Part shown: positions 48,843 through 61,622 of the stretch, in pieces
Layout of the letters: each line of letters opens with the position of its first letter
Numbering within the stretch: position 1 is the first letter of the stretch
Assembly: GCF_963921235.1 (NCBI RefSeq)
Contig: NC_086108.1
Span: forward strand, 38,814,001-38,878,000
Direction: 5' to 3'
DNA length: 64,000 nt
Source of the DNA: Mobula hypostoma
Lineage: Eukaryota
Program-made: the position numbers and the translations under genes
Notes under the pieces: model-generated
The model's database searches: none
Seen by the model: only the letters and a program-made list of their open reading frames with translations
Told to the model about the DNA's origin: nothing

Positions 48843-49549
48843 CAACTTAATTCTTTCTGAACTTGCGGCATATAGAGTGTCTGTACAAGGTTAACAATGT
48901 AGGTCTGTTAATGTCTTATGTTTGTTAATAGCAGGTGGTCACTGAGAGTTGATGGATTCTTTCTTAGTGTCTGTTAAATTTGCTTGATGGATTCTTTTTT
49001 ATGTAATATTAAATGTTCTTTTGTAAGTGAAAGGAATGTTATGTCCAAAATGTTGGGAGACCAATGGATGAGGAGTGACCATTACAATGTCTAATTGAGT
49101 GATGATGATATGCTGAATACAGTGTCGATGGACACAGGATGTGTATGAAAAAAGACAGGCTGTGTTGAAACAAAAAATTAAAAAGCTTGACTGTCTCTGT
49201 ACATGTCTCTCTGTGCTTGTGAAATTTGTATTTATTGATGTGCTCTCCCTGGTTTCATTGGACTTGTCAATGGCCAGAAATTGCGATTGGTGCCTAGGAT
49301 CCAGGGATGGTTTCATGAATGAGTCGGAATTTGAGTTCTGAACAGTCGCAATCAAGTGGTGACGAAGCAGCATGAGCCCTGAAATCTTTGCGGAAATCTT
49401 TTTGACTTGCTACATAGTATTTTGTGTAGTTTACATGTGCTTTCTATTTTATGATAAATTAGATTTAATTTACTTTGTTGTGCTTGTATGCTTATAATCA
49501 CATCTTCTGGGCACTTGAAACTTGGATCTGATCAACTCAGCCCATTACA
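48807..49549 (+). repeat. 3' LTR of the ERV
   Basis: TGTAA...TTACA; homologous to 37720-39249. Confidence 0.88.
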
Positions 49550-50728
49550 GGATTTGAGAGAGAAGTACCCCTTTGTAAATACTGGGGAATCTCTTAGCAA
49601 GGTTGAACTCTACATGGAATTCAGTAATGGAGTGAGCCAACATGTTTGGTCTTGTATATCTATCAGTAAAGCTTAGGCTTACTCGTTTCAAGTTCTAAAG
49701 TGAGATATGGCATGGGAACAGGCTGTTCAGCCCATTGAAACTGTATCAAACGTCAGCCATCCACTTCTGCTACTCCTGCGTAAATTCCATTTTTAATCAT
49801 CTGGCATTCCCCAGATTCCATGATCCTACCACTTAGCTGCACACTGGAGACAATACTGTTTTTGGATGTGTGAAGATATTGGAACACTGGGAGGAGAACC
49901 ACGCAGCCACAGGGAGAATGTCTGGGTTGTGAAAGGTTGAGATGAGGCTGCACTGTTGGGGATCAAATATTTGGATTTGTTAATTTATCAGTATAATGTT
50001 AAATGTTTTCATTGAAAATTAAATTGGTCAATGGATATATGTATACCTGATATCGTTTCCAAAACCAACAAGCAAAGAATGCCCTGATGCTTCCTATTAC
50101 ACTGGTGCCAAGTCAGACTGCTAGAGCCTTTGTTTTCAAAGGCACCACATTGGCATGGCATAAACAAAAAAAGACAGAAAATGCTGTAAAAAAAAACACA
50201 GCTGTTAAAGGAATCAATTAACACTCCAGACTGAAGATAGATATATCTGCTAGAAGATCTCATCCTGAAATGTCAACACCCTTTCATGTCAACAAGACTG
50301 ACTTGTTGAGGTTTCCTAGCATTTTTCATGTTCCTTTCTGATTTGTAGCATCTGCACTTTTGAATTCTTAATTACCTTTGACACATTCAGGATAGTTGAA
50401 GATTCACTGCTGTCTATGGGCTTTAAAGCTTGCAGTTCTGTTTAAAAGTGTTAATATTAGCTAGCAAACTTTAGCCCCAGTTGTTGAAATTTCCATTGGA
50501 GGGAGTCACCGCTATAAGTCATCGTGTCTGCTTGATTGACAGAAGAATGACTTCCTCCTGCAGTTTTCCTTCCTTTCTCAGATAAACAGAAAACTGGTCT
50601 TCAGCAAAGTATGGGTTTCATATGGCAACTCTCAGGTAATCTGTTAACCTTGTAGCTTCCAAGTGTGGCATTATGCTAAACTAATTGCACAGAGGATGCT
50701 CAATTGATGATTCTTCCGCAATCTATGA

Positions 50729-50950
<222 letters not shown>

Positions 50951-51584
50951 TAAGTTATAATGCTTGCGATGTCAACTGGATATTGGCCTATAGTTTGAGG
51001 GCAGCGGTGAACAGGATGATAACAGGGGTTCATCTTAGATGCTTATTACAACTGTCTGCCTTTCTTTAATAACTTGCTGTAATCAGAAAACCTTTATTAG
51101 AACCTTCCATGGGAAATGAGAATGGGTATTGTATGAACTGGGTCCCTAAATACGCATCTCCGCAAACCATCAGAACTACCACGGAACAACACGTGTAAAC
51201 TGGAATAGTTGATTCTGTGCTACAGAATTCACTAGCCCAGCACCGCTGCCCACTCTACAGTTGGACTTTGACGCTGAACGTTCATGCTGTGTAGTGATAG
51301 AATATGACTGCTGCAGTTGCCCACAGTCACACTTGGGGAACTGTCCACCGAGATCATTCCAGGTTAGACCCAGTGAATGAACAGTAGCCTACTGACACTA
51401 ATGGAACGGGATTACCTTTAGGGTCAATGGCAAGTATAAGGTGAGTAATGTTATTTTTCAATTAATTGCATTAATCATATTTTATCCTTTAGAAATATTT
51501 AGCTTCTAATTGTTTCATTTGAATTTTAATTCTTCAGTGAATGTTTGTTAACATGAGGATCCTTCATGTAACAAATCAAGTTCA

Positions 51585-54497
51585 ACATAGAAACATAGAA
51601 ATATAGAAAACCTACAGCAAATACAGGCCCTTTGGCCCACAAAGCTGTGTCAAACATGTCTTTACCTTAGAACTACCTAGGCTTACGCATAGCCCTCTAT
51701 TTTCTAAGCTCCATGTATCCATCCAGGAGTCTCTTAAAAGACCTTATCATTTCCGCCTCCACCACCACCGGCAGCCCATTCCACGCACTCACCACTCTCT
51801 GCATAAAAAAAACTTACCCGTCATCTCCTCTGTACCTACTTCCAAGCACCTTAAAACTATGCTCTCTCGTGCCAACCATTTTGGCCCTGCGTAAAAGCCT
51901 CTGACAATCCACACGATCAATGCCTGTCATTATCTTGTAGATCTCTATCAGGTCACCTCTCATTCTCCGTCGCTCCAAGGAGAAAAGGCCAAGTTCACTC
52001 AACCTATTCTCATAAGGCATGCTCCCCAATCCAGGCAACATCCTTGTAAATCTCCTCTGCACCCTTTCTATGGTTTCCACATCCTTCCTGTAGTGAGGTA
52101 ACCAGAAATGAGCACAGTACTCCAAGTGGGGTCCTATGTAGATGCAACATTACCTCTCGGCTCTTAGACTCAATCCCACAATCGATGAATGCCAATGCAC
52201 TGTATGGCTTCTTAACCACAGAGTCAACTTGTATAGCAGCTTTGAATGCCCTATGGACTCGGACCCCAAGATCCCTCTGATCCTCCACACTACCAGGAGT
52301 CTTGCCATTAATACTATATTCTGCCATCATATTTGACCTACCAAAATCAACCGCCTCACACTTACCTGGTTTGAACTCCATTTGCTACTTCTCAGCCCAG
52401 TTTTGCATCCTATCGATGTCCTGCTGTAACCCCTGATAGCCCTCCACACTATCAACAACACTTCCAACCTTAGTGTCAGCAGCAAATTTACTCACCCATC
52501 CCTCCAATTCCACATCCAGGTTATTTGTAAAAATCACAAAGAGTAGGGGTCACAGAAAGATCCCTGAGGCACACTACTGGTCACCGGCCTCCATGCAGAA
52601 TATGACCCGTCTACCACCACTTTTTGTCTTCTGTGAGCAAGTCAGTTCTGGATCCACAAAGCAATGTCCCCTTGGATCCCATGCCTCCTTACTTTCTCAA
52701 TAAGCCTCGCATGGGGTACCTTGTCAAATGCCTTGCTGAAATCCATATACACTACATCTACGGCTCTACCTTCATCATTGTGTTTAGTCACATCCTCAAA
52801 AAATTCAAACAGGCTCGTAAGGAATGACTTGCCTTTGACAAAGCCATGCTGACTATTCCTAATCATATTATGCCTCTCCTGATGTTCATAAATCTTGCCT
52901 CTCAGGATCTTCTCCATCAACTTACTAACCACTGAAGTAAGACTCACTGGCCTATAATTTTCTGGGCTGTCCCTACTCCCTTTCTTGAATAAGGGAACAA
53001 CATCTGCAACCCTCCAATCCTCCGGAACCTCTCACGTTGTCATTGAGGATGCAAAGATCATCACCAGAGGCTCAGCAATCTCCTCCCTTGCCTCCCACAG
53101 TAGCCTGGGGTACATCCCGTCCAGTCCCGGTGACTTATCCAACTTGATGCTTTCTAAAAGCTCCAGTACATCCTCTTCCTTAATATCTACATGCTCAAGC
53201 TTTTTAGTCCGCTGTAAGTCATCTCTACAATCACCAAGATACTGTTCTGTAGTGAATACTGAAGCTAAGTATTCATTAAGTACCTCTGCCATCTCCTCTG
53301 GTTCCAAACACACTTTTCCACTGTCACAATTGCTTGGTCCTATTCTCTCATGTCTTATCCTCTTGCTCTTCACATACTTGTAGAATGCCTTGGGATTTTC
53401 CTTAATCCTGTCTGCCAAGGCCTTCTCATGGCCCCTTCTGGCTCTCCTAATCTCATTCTTAAATTCCTTCCTGCTAGCCTTATAATCTTCTAGATCTCTA
53501 TCAGTACCTAGTTTTTTTGAACCTTTCATAAGCTCTCCTTTTCTTCTTGACTAGATTTAAAACAGACTTTGTACAGCACAGATCCTGTACCCTACTGTCC
53601 TTTCCCTGTCTCATTGCAACGTATCTACACAGAACCCCATGCAAATATCCCCTGAACATTTGCCACATTTCTTCCCTACATTTCCCTGAGAACATCTGTT
53701 TCCAATTTATGCTTCCAAGTTCCTGCCTGATAGCATCATATTTCCCCTTACTCCAATTAAATGTTTCCCTAACTTGTCTGCTCCTATCCCTCTCCAATGC
53801 TATGGTAAAGGAGATAGAATTGTGATCACTATCTCCAAAATGCTCTCCCACTGAGAGATCTGACACTTGACCAGGTTCATTTCCCGATACCAGATCAAGT
53901 ACAGCCTCTCCTCTTGTAGGCTTATCTACAGATTGTGTCAAGAAACCTTCCTGAACACACCTAACAAACTCCACCCCATCTAAACCCCTCTCTCTGGGGA
54001 GATGCCAATCAATATTTGGGAAATTAAAAGCTCCCACCACGACAACCCTGTTATTATTACTCCTCTCCAGAATTTGTCTCCCTATCTGCTCCTCAATGTC
54101 CCTGTTACTATTGGATATTCTATAAAAAAACACGTAGTAAAGTTATTGACCCCTTTGTATTCCTAACTTCCACCCACAGAGACTCAGTAGACAACCCCTC
54201 CATGACTTCCTCCTTTTCTGCAGCTGTGACACTATCTCTGATCAGCAGTGCCATGTCCCCACCTCTTTTGCCTCCCTCCCTGTCCTTTCTGAAACATCTA
54301 AAGTCTGGCACTTGAAGTAGCCATTCCTGTCCCAGCACCATCCAAGTCTCTGTAATGGCCACAACATCATAGCTCCAAGTGCTGGTCCACGCTCTAAGCT
54401 CATCTGCTTTGTTCATAATTCTCCTTGCATTAAAATAGACAGATCTCAAACCATCGGTCTGAATGCGTCCCTTCTCTATCACCTGCCTATCCTCCCT
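51585..54497 (-). mobile_element. CR1 LINE ORF2, 5'-truncated
   Basis: VYFNARRIMNK, VGAFNFP, KSPGLDG, YMDFSKAFDKVPH, ERVQRRFTRMLPGL; (catagaaa)n tail. Confidence 0.93.
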
Positions 54498-55035
54498 TTC
54501 AAGTTCAAGTTCAGCCAGTCAGCTGTACACTCACATATACAGCCAAATGAAACAACATTTCTCTGGGACTAAAGTGCAAAACACAGTGCATATATCACAC
54601 ACAGCACATAAAATAATACTAATACAATAACATTAACAAATAATAAAAATATATTCTGTCGATGTACAAGCAGACATAAATGCATCTACAACATATGGTT
54701 AAATATCTAACAGTATCATGCTACTGGCACTGTCATAAATAATGTGTACTGGCTGGTAGTAGAGTGTGCAGATGTCTGACAGCCTGGGGGAAGAAGCTGT
54801 TACTCAGCCTGACAATCCTTAATCTTACACTGCAGTGCTTTCTGCCTGATGGTAGAAGGTCAGAAAGATTGTAGGAGAGATGGGAGAGGTCTTCGACAAT
54901 GCTGAGGGCTCTACAGATGCAGTTCTTCTGGTAGTTGTCCTAGATGAGGTGAGGAGAGAGGCCCCGATGATTCTCTCAGCAGTCGTCGCAATCTGATCCA
55001 GAGTCAGCGGTCAAACGCCTTGCATTTCCCACATC
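54498..55035 (-). mobile_element. Rex1-like LINE 3' fragment
   Basis: ttcaagttcaagttca tail; ctgacagcctgggggaagaagctgtt and ttctgcctgatggtagaagg (LLPSGR on the minus strand). Confidence 0.7.
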
Positions 55036-55039
55036 CTCG

Positions 55040-55661
55040 CTATCTTCACTCGATGACTCCCTGTATGAGTGCTTCGTTCAAGCTCACTCAGAAGGCCTTC
55101 CAATTTCTGGTCCTATTCTCAAAGCCCAAGCCGAGAATTTTGACAAGCAGATCAACGGGGAAACCTCTGCCGACGACGAATACCCAACATATGAGCACGT
55201 GACGGACGCCGAGATTGTCCGTAACTATAGCGCTGGCGGAGGCACGTGTACCGGTTCTCGAGCCACAAGAAGATGATAATGAAGAGCCTCCACCCCACCC
55301 CCAAAAGTGTCTGAAGCCATTGAACACCTCGAGGCGAGACTCTGTTGGCTGGAGACCCAGGAGGTGGACCACACAAAAAACCTCCAACTCAGAAGCATTC
55401 TAGATTTCCCTCGCAGCCAGCGACATGCTACGTTCAAGCAAGGAACACTCGATCACTATTTTAAGAAATAAACTGTAAATGATGATTTGCTAATATTCTT
55501 GAATGTTTTTATTTGTTGTTTTATGTATTAAAAAGCTTTACTAAAAATTAATTTGTGTTTTAATTTCTACAGTAACAACAACCCTGATTTAGCGTGACCC
55601 CGCTTTTATCGCGATGACATTTTATGGACCAAAACGATCGCGTTATAACGGGGTTTCACTG
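55040..55661 (+). mobile_element. pogo/Tigger-like DNA transposon 3' part
   Basis: Transposase C-terminus DDEYPTYEHVTDAEIV...VSEAIEHLE..LCWLETQE...KQGTLDHYFKK* (stop 55469-55471); TIR cgcgttataacggggtttcactg. Confidence 0.8.
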
Positions 55662-55949
55662 CAACAAGAGATACTTTTTTTTTGTTTGGTGCAAGATTGA
55701 GCAACTTACAGATCTTGAAATGCAGTGAAGAAATTAGAATACTGATGGATTTGCAGAAACTTCACTGGAAATATGAACTCTGTGAAGGTTTTAAATTACT
55801 TTGTCAAATTGCTTTCTTTTTAGTATAGGGACAGACAACAGATTTAGTTTCCCCCAGCTCAACTGAAAAAAAATCCGGGGTCTGTACTTTTATATCATAC
55901 ACTTATGACCACATGAAAGAAAAGTGGTAGAGTGACATACTGTAGCTAG

Positions 55950-56520
55950 TGGTGCTCTTGCCTCAGAGCATCAGTCACCCAGGTTCACTCCTCGGTCCGG
56001 TGCTGATTGTGTGGAACAGGAGTTGCCAACGTGGGATCCATGGATCCCTTGCTTAATGGTAATTGTCCATGGCATAAAAAAGTTTGGGAACCCCTGGCGT
56101 AGAGTTTGCATATTCTCCTCCAAATGTTCTGGTTTCCTCCCACATTCCATAGGTAGTAGAGACACAAGAGATTGCAGAGGCTTGGAAGAACTTGGCAGGC
56201 AAGAGCTTCTGTAGAAAGAAATGAATTATTGATTTCCAGGTCAAAATGCAGCAACAGAACTGAAATGTCGACAATTCCTTTTCTCCCGTGAGTACCGCTC
56301 AGCCTGCTGAGTTCCCCAAGACTGTTCATTCCAAAGGTTCATCTTAAGGGGGCTTCTGTAAATTGTAGTTAGCATGTAAATGAGTGAACTGGTTGTGCTG
56401 GAATCTTTGGGGAGTGTTGATGAGAGTGTTTGAAATATAAAAGAGGATTACTGTGAACAAGATGCTTTATAGTCAGCCCGGACTTGGTGAACCAAAGGGT
56501 CTGTTTTCATGCTGCTGGTC
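55950..56520 (+). mobile_element. tRNA-derived V-SINE-like element with nested MITE and Penelope repeat remnant
   Basis: ccaggttcactcct, gagtttgcatattctcc, ggtttcctcccacattcca. Confidence 0.6.
56017..56096. mobile_element. hAT-type MITE, 80 bp, related to 36585-36655
   Basis: TIRs caggagttgccaa...ttgggaacccctg; degenerate 8-bp TSD gtgtggaa/gcgtagag. Confidence 0.75.
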
Positions 56521-56849
56521 TCATTGAGTTCTTCCTTCAGTTTATTTTTCTCCATGAAGTAGCTGGCTGTCAGCATGCTGCACTGTGATCACTTCTCAGG
56601 AGAAGTCTGCTTGCTGTGATAAAGCCTCTGAAAGAGTGGAAAGAATGAAAGTGTTGATTGCCTCATGTTGGTTTAGCATTTGAAAAAGGCAAGCATTTTA
56701 ATTAGATCCTTTGAGAATAATTAATGCAAATAAATGACTGCTCTTTAGCTAGAAGTTATGCATTTCAACATGTACTTTAAACATTATCAACTTCATCTCC
56801 CGTTAGTATGATTATATTGAGGGATAGAAACATTAGTGTACTTTCTGAC

Positions 56850-57682
56850 TGTGACCCTCTCGTATGCAAACTCGGCTCAGTAACTAACTCCGCTAACAGC
56901 CACGTGACTCAGCGGTGAGAAGACCACCTTTCATAAACAATATACTGTACGTCTATGGCCATTAGCTTGTGGGTTCAACCAGTCAGGAAAGCTGGACGTT
57001 CCAATTAACAGAACCTTGATTTGAGCAAATGCTGTGTAAATACTGCCCATACACGGTTATTGGTTGGCAAGAAATAATGGATCATGCACCACATAAAATT
57101 ATAAAGAAAGTATATCTACCAATTTCAGCTTTATCAAATAGTTAATAGGAAAAGAAAGGGGCCCATTACAGTCAAACCAGTCCAATGTTCACATAACGTT
57201 GGAGCTCATACAGGGGATTTTTTACTCATGCGCTGGACCACGATTTGCATGAAAGCACCTGCCACAGTCTAAATTTTCCTCGAAGACCATCTCCAGCAAC
57301 TGGCTCTCTCTCTCTCTCCCTCTCAGGAGTACTGGTCCTTCCTTTTTGGACCATCATCTACAGAAAGCACTTTGTCAATGGGGACTGTTCTTCCAATGGT
57401 ATTCTGTAGTATCCTCCCTCCTGTTCCATTCCGCAGCTCCCACAAAAGACCCAAACCAGACTACTATCCATCATAAAACTCTTTCCACCCCGCTCTCTCT
57501 AGAACTTTCTCCCAATCCCACCATCCTGATTGGCTGACACAACATTCCTAAGTTGAACAACATAGCCTCTTATTGCTATCCAAAACCAAAACATTCTACC
57601 AGCAAGAGACACTGCTTTTGCAGAAAGCTGCTAAAATGAAATACCTAGAACATAGCAATAGAATCTTAACCAGAGCATTATA
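56850..57682 (-). mobile_element. Solo LTR, Gypsy-type
   Basis: TGTGA...TTATA termini; 4-bp TSD tgac at 56846-56849 and 57683-57686; strand tentative. Confidence 0.65.
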
Positions 57683-57834
57683 TGACTTTTCTACATTTAT
57701 ACATATTAGAATGGTTACTTGATTTTCTTGTTAAAGAATCAAATGCATGCCACTAATCAGATTAATGAAACCTATACATTTCCACAGGTGTATGTGGAAA
57801 TATCTCACTTTACCTTTTTCTAATACTGTAGTAG

Positions 57835-58015
57835 GCTATTTGGCCCATCAAATCTATGTTGGTTCTCAGAGAAATCCCAATTGTCACATTTGTCTCTCAC
57901 ATGCCCATTAACTTCCCTAACTCTCCTTGTCACTCACTGACAATAGCCAATTAACCTATGTCTTTGGAGTGTGGGAGGAAACCAGAGTACCCAGGGGGTA
58001 ACCTACACAGTCTCA
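57835..58015 (-). mobile_element. V-SINE-like fragment
   Basis: gccaattaacctatgtctttggagtgtgggaggaaaccagagtaccc. Confidence 0.65.
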
Positions 58016-58236
58016 GAGATTGTGGCCATAATATTAAGGATAATTGAGGAAGCAATAATTTAAAATGTTTTAGCCCTTAGAATAAATAATTTAAAAATAT
58101 TGCAATTCTTACTTAGAACTGTAATCATTAATTCTGTCACAAAGCATTGGTTTGCTCATGATAAACCCTGGTATCAAAGATCACTGATTGTAAATAATGT
58201 TTAATAGCAGACTGCCCTTTTATTTGCTTATTGCAG

Positions 58237-58376
58237 GTATAGCTGTGACTGTGTGAACACTGGATATACGGGTTTGCACTGTGACTTCTACGTCCCCAGT
58301 TGTCTTTCACAACCCTGTCTCAACAGCGCCACCTGCCAGGACACTGATGGAAATTACACTTGTCACTGCTGGCCAG
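58237..58376 (+). CDS. CRB1: Crumbs homolog coding exon (exon 4 equivalent)
   Basis: ttattgcag| ... cca g|gtttgt; 140 nt, phase 2/1. [55 protein letters not shown] is CRB1-like. Confidence 0.92.
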
Positions 58377-58659
58377 GTTTGTGTTTTTATATTTTGTATA
58401 AACGACTATTGCTATCTTGTTCAAAGTATCAACACAATGTTATTAAACAAAATCAGCATTTGATTTTAATTTATCATATTGAGAAATTTATATTTTTTAA
58501 TATATTCAGTGCTTTGATTGCTCTAAGTTCTGATTAAAAATATCTGCGCTGTTTTCTGTACTGATGCACGTGTTTTTTCTCACCATATACATAGTTGTGC
58601 AGTCAAACCATACGCAGAACATATCTGCTTGTAAGAAGAAGCTGCTAGTCTTGTGAATG

Positions 58660-60290
58660 AGATATAGGAGCAGAGTTAGGCCACTTGGCCCATCGACTCT
58701 GCTCCACCATTCAATCGTGGCTGATTTATTAGTCTCTCAACCCCACTCTGCTGCCTTCTCCCTGTAACTTTCGACATGTTGACTAACCCAGAACCTAGAA
58801 ATATGCTTTAAATATACTCAATGGCTTAGCCTCCACATCCGTCTGTGGCAATGAATTCCACAGATTCACCAACCCCTTGCTAAATAAATTCCTTCCCTTC
58901 TCTGTTCTAAATGGATATCCCTCTATTCTGAGGCTGGGCCTTCTGGTCATAGGCTCAACGACTATAGAAATATCCTCCCCAAATCCATTCTGTCTAAGTA
59001 TTTCAGTATTCACTAGGTTTCAATCAAATCCTCTCTCATTCTTCCAAACTCCAGAGAGTAAAGGCCATCAAATTCTCCTTATATTTAACCCTTTCATTCC
59101 TGGGATCATTTTCGTAAATCTCCTCTGGACTCTCTCCAATGCCAGCACATCTTTTCTTAGAAAAGAAGCCCAAAACTGCGCACAATACTCCCAAATACAG
59201 TCTGACCAATTTGTTATAAAGCCTCAGCATTACATCTGCTTTTATATTCTAGTCCTCTTGAAATGAATATTAACATTGTATTTGCCTTCCTTACCAGTGA
59301 CTCAGCCTGCAAGTTAACCTTTAGGGAATCCTGCAACAAGGATCAGTCCCTTTACACCTCTGAATTTTTAATTTTCTCCCCATTTAGAAAATAGTCTATG
59401 CGTTTATCTCTTCTAGCAGAGTGCATGACCAGACACTTCCCTACATTTTGTTCCATCTGCCACTTCTTTGCCCATTCTCCCAATCTGTTCAAGTCCTTCC
59501 GCATTCTCCCTGCTTCCTCAACACCATCTGCTCTTCCACCTATCTTTATATCGTCTGAAAACTTGGCCATAAAGCCATCAATTCTGTCATCTAAATGGCT
59601 GACATATAAAATGAAAAAAGTGGTCCCAATACCGACCCCTGTGGAACACCACTTGTTACTGGCAGCCAACCAGAATAGGCCCCTTTATCCTGACCTTTTA
59701 CTTCCTGTCAGTCAGCCATCTTCTATCCATGCTGGCATCTTACTTGTTATCTTGTTAAACAGCCTTGTGTGCGGCACCCATAGGCCTTCAGAAAATCCAA
59801 GTACATAACATTCATTGATCTCCTTTGCCTATCCTGCCTGTTATTTACTCAAAGAATTGCAACAGATTTGTCAGAAAATATTTCCTTTAACTAAGTTCGC
59901 TTTGGCCTACTTTATTATGCACCTCCAAGTATCCCAAAACGTCATTCCAACATCTTCCCAATCACTGAAGTCAGGCCTACAAGCCTATAATTTCCTTTCT
60001 TCTGCCTGCCTCCCTTTTTAAAGAGTGGAGTGACATTTGCAATTTTCCAGTCCTCCAGAACCATTCCAGAATCTAGTGATTCATAGAAGATCTTTACTAA
60101 TGCCTCCACAATCTCTTCAGCTACTTCTTTCAGGACCCTGTGTTGTAGTCCCTCTGGTGATTTATCTACCTTCAGAACTTTCAGTTTCCCAAGTTCTTAT
60201 CCCTAGTAATAGCAACTGCATTTATTTCTGCCCCTGGCATTCTTGAATTCTGGCATTCTGCTAGTGTCTTCTACAGTGAAGACTGACACT
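58660..60290 (-). mobile_element. Old CR1 LINE ORF2 fragment
   Basis: MAKFSDDIKIGG, LGEWAKKWQME.NVGKC, NLWNSLPQ; gagatataggagcagagttaggcca tail. Confidence 0.85.
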
Positions 60291-60304
60291 GCAGGGTGAA
60301 ATCA

Positions 60305-61195
60305 GTTCAATGATTCAAAGTGCACTCATTATCAAAGAATGCATAAATTATACAACCTTGAGATTTGTTTGCTTAACAAAGCAATGAACCCAAAAGAACC
60401 TAATTTACAAAAAAATAAGACGAACCCTCAGTGCCCACAGAGGAAGAGGAAAAAAATCAAAACAAATGCAATGGAAGCAAGCAATAACAATAGCAATAGC
60501 ATTCTGAACCAAATTGAGTCCTAAGATCCAAATCCCCAGAGCAGCCCAGAGTAGGCCCAAAGCCTTAGTATTCAGTCCATCATATTAGCAGGGCAGGTCA
60601 CCACAAAGTTCGCAGACATGAAGCACAGCAGTCTCACAGCCTTAGCATCATGGAGAGAGGAGCCCCCTGACCCTCTGGGCGGGCTTTTTAAAATGTATGA
60701 GCCTTGCATTAAGACCTGGGCCCCAGGCGGTGAATCACTCCGGGCCTAGAACACACTGCGCAGCAATTCACTTTGGACCTAGATTTCGCTGTCAGAGAAG
60801 CCATTCTCGGCCTCTCCAAATCTGCTCAGAGCTTAGAACGATCTAACCTCGCCTGACTCTCAACACCTGATCTTTCCAGTCTATCTGGGCCAGCGTTTTG
60901 GTTATCTAAGCAGCACATTGTACCTCACATTAGGACCCAGGCCTCGCTGTGGCGTATCGCTCAGTTGGTGGCGTAACACAAGCAGCCAGAGATTGTGGTG
61001 AACATTGGCACTAATGACAAAGGGAGCAAGGGGGAGGGGGGGTCCTGTCTATAGGGAATTAGGGAAAAGCTTGCTGTGGAAGGTATAGCCTAATCACAAA
61101 GGATTGGTTACATGGGTTTGCTGGAGCCTTTGGGGAGGTTTTAAGCTAAATTGGCAGGGGAATGGGAACCAGAGTGATATGACTGAGGGTAGGGG
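60305..61195. mobile_element. Non-autonomous retroposon (minus, about 60305-60960) and CR1 ORF1 esterase remnant (plus, about 60980-61195)
   Basis: ttcaaagtgcactcattatcaaagaatgcata mirrors the 3' end seen at 22940; QPEIVVNIGTND at about 60983. Confidence 0.55.
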
Positions 61196-61522
61196 CGCAG
61201 ACACCATCAGGAATTTTCTAGGTTTCCTGTTGAGTGGAGTTTAATGTGACAGCATTGGGTTCAGTGCTACCTGTTTGCAATGAAGCAGTTTAACTCGTGC
61301 TTTAACCCAAGGTGACATGGGTAATCTCATATTCTCAGTTTTATTTCCTTTCCCTGAATTCTGTGCAATGTTTTTTATGCCATTGCCAGCCACTTCCCAC
61401 TATGATAACTCAATACGTAGTATGTCATTTAAGCCAACATGGAAACCTGCTTAGTACAGTATCACAGATTGATATGCTGTGTGGCTATTAATCATGTTTA
61501 TGAAAGGTCAAGACAAACCAAG

Positions 61523-61622
61523 CAGTCCTGCTGAAGGGCTGCAGATCGAAACGTCAACTGTACTTCTTTTCCAAAGATGCTGCCTGACCTGCTGAGTTCC
61601 TCCAGCATTTTGAGTGTGTTGA
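61523..61622 (+). mobile_element. Solo Penelope terminal repeat with degenerate hammerhead
   Basis: cagtcctgctgaagggctgcagatcgaaacgtcaactg...gctgagttcctccagcattttgagtgtgtt. Confidence 0.8.

Larger units (their letters stand above)
37720..49549 (+). mobile_element. ERV-L-like (class III) endogenous retrovirus, decayed two-LTR provirus
   Basis: Paired LTRs with TGTAA...TTACA outer termini, PBS, gag, pro, RT, tether, RNase H, IN and PPT in order. Motifs NGPIW..KPDG...DYCQLNQ, DLANAFFSIP, QFAFTW, HCIDD, EINPDKIQGP, YWALIETE, KWKWYI, WGVPFDLLT, ARWAHESSGH, WQVD. Confidence 0.92.

Noticed and set aside
51544..51575. 32-nt imperfect palindrome
   Set aside because: Too short for a pre-miRNA; no TSD or second copy.
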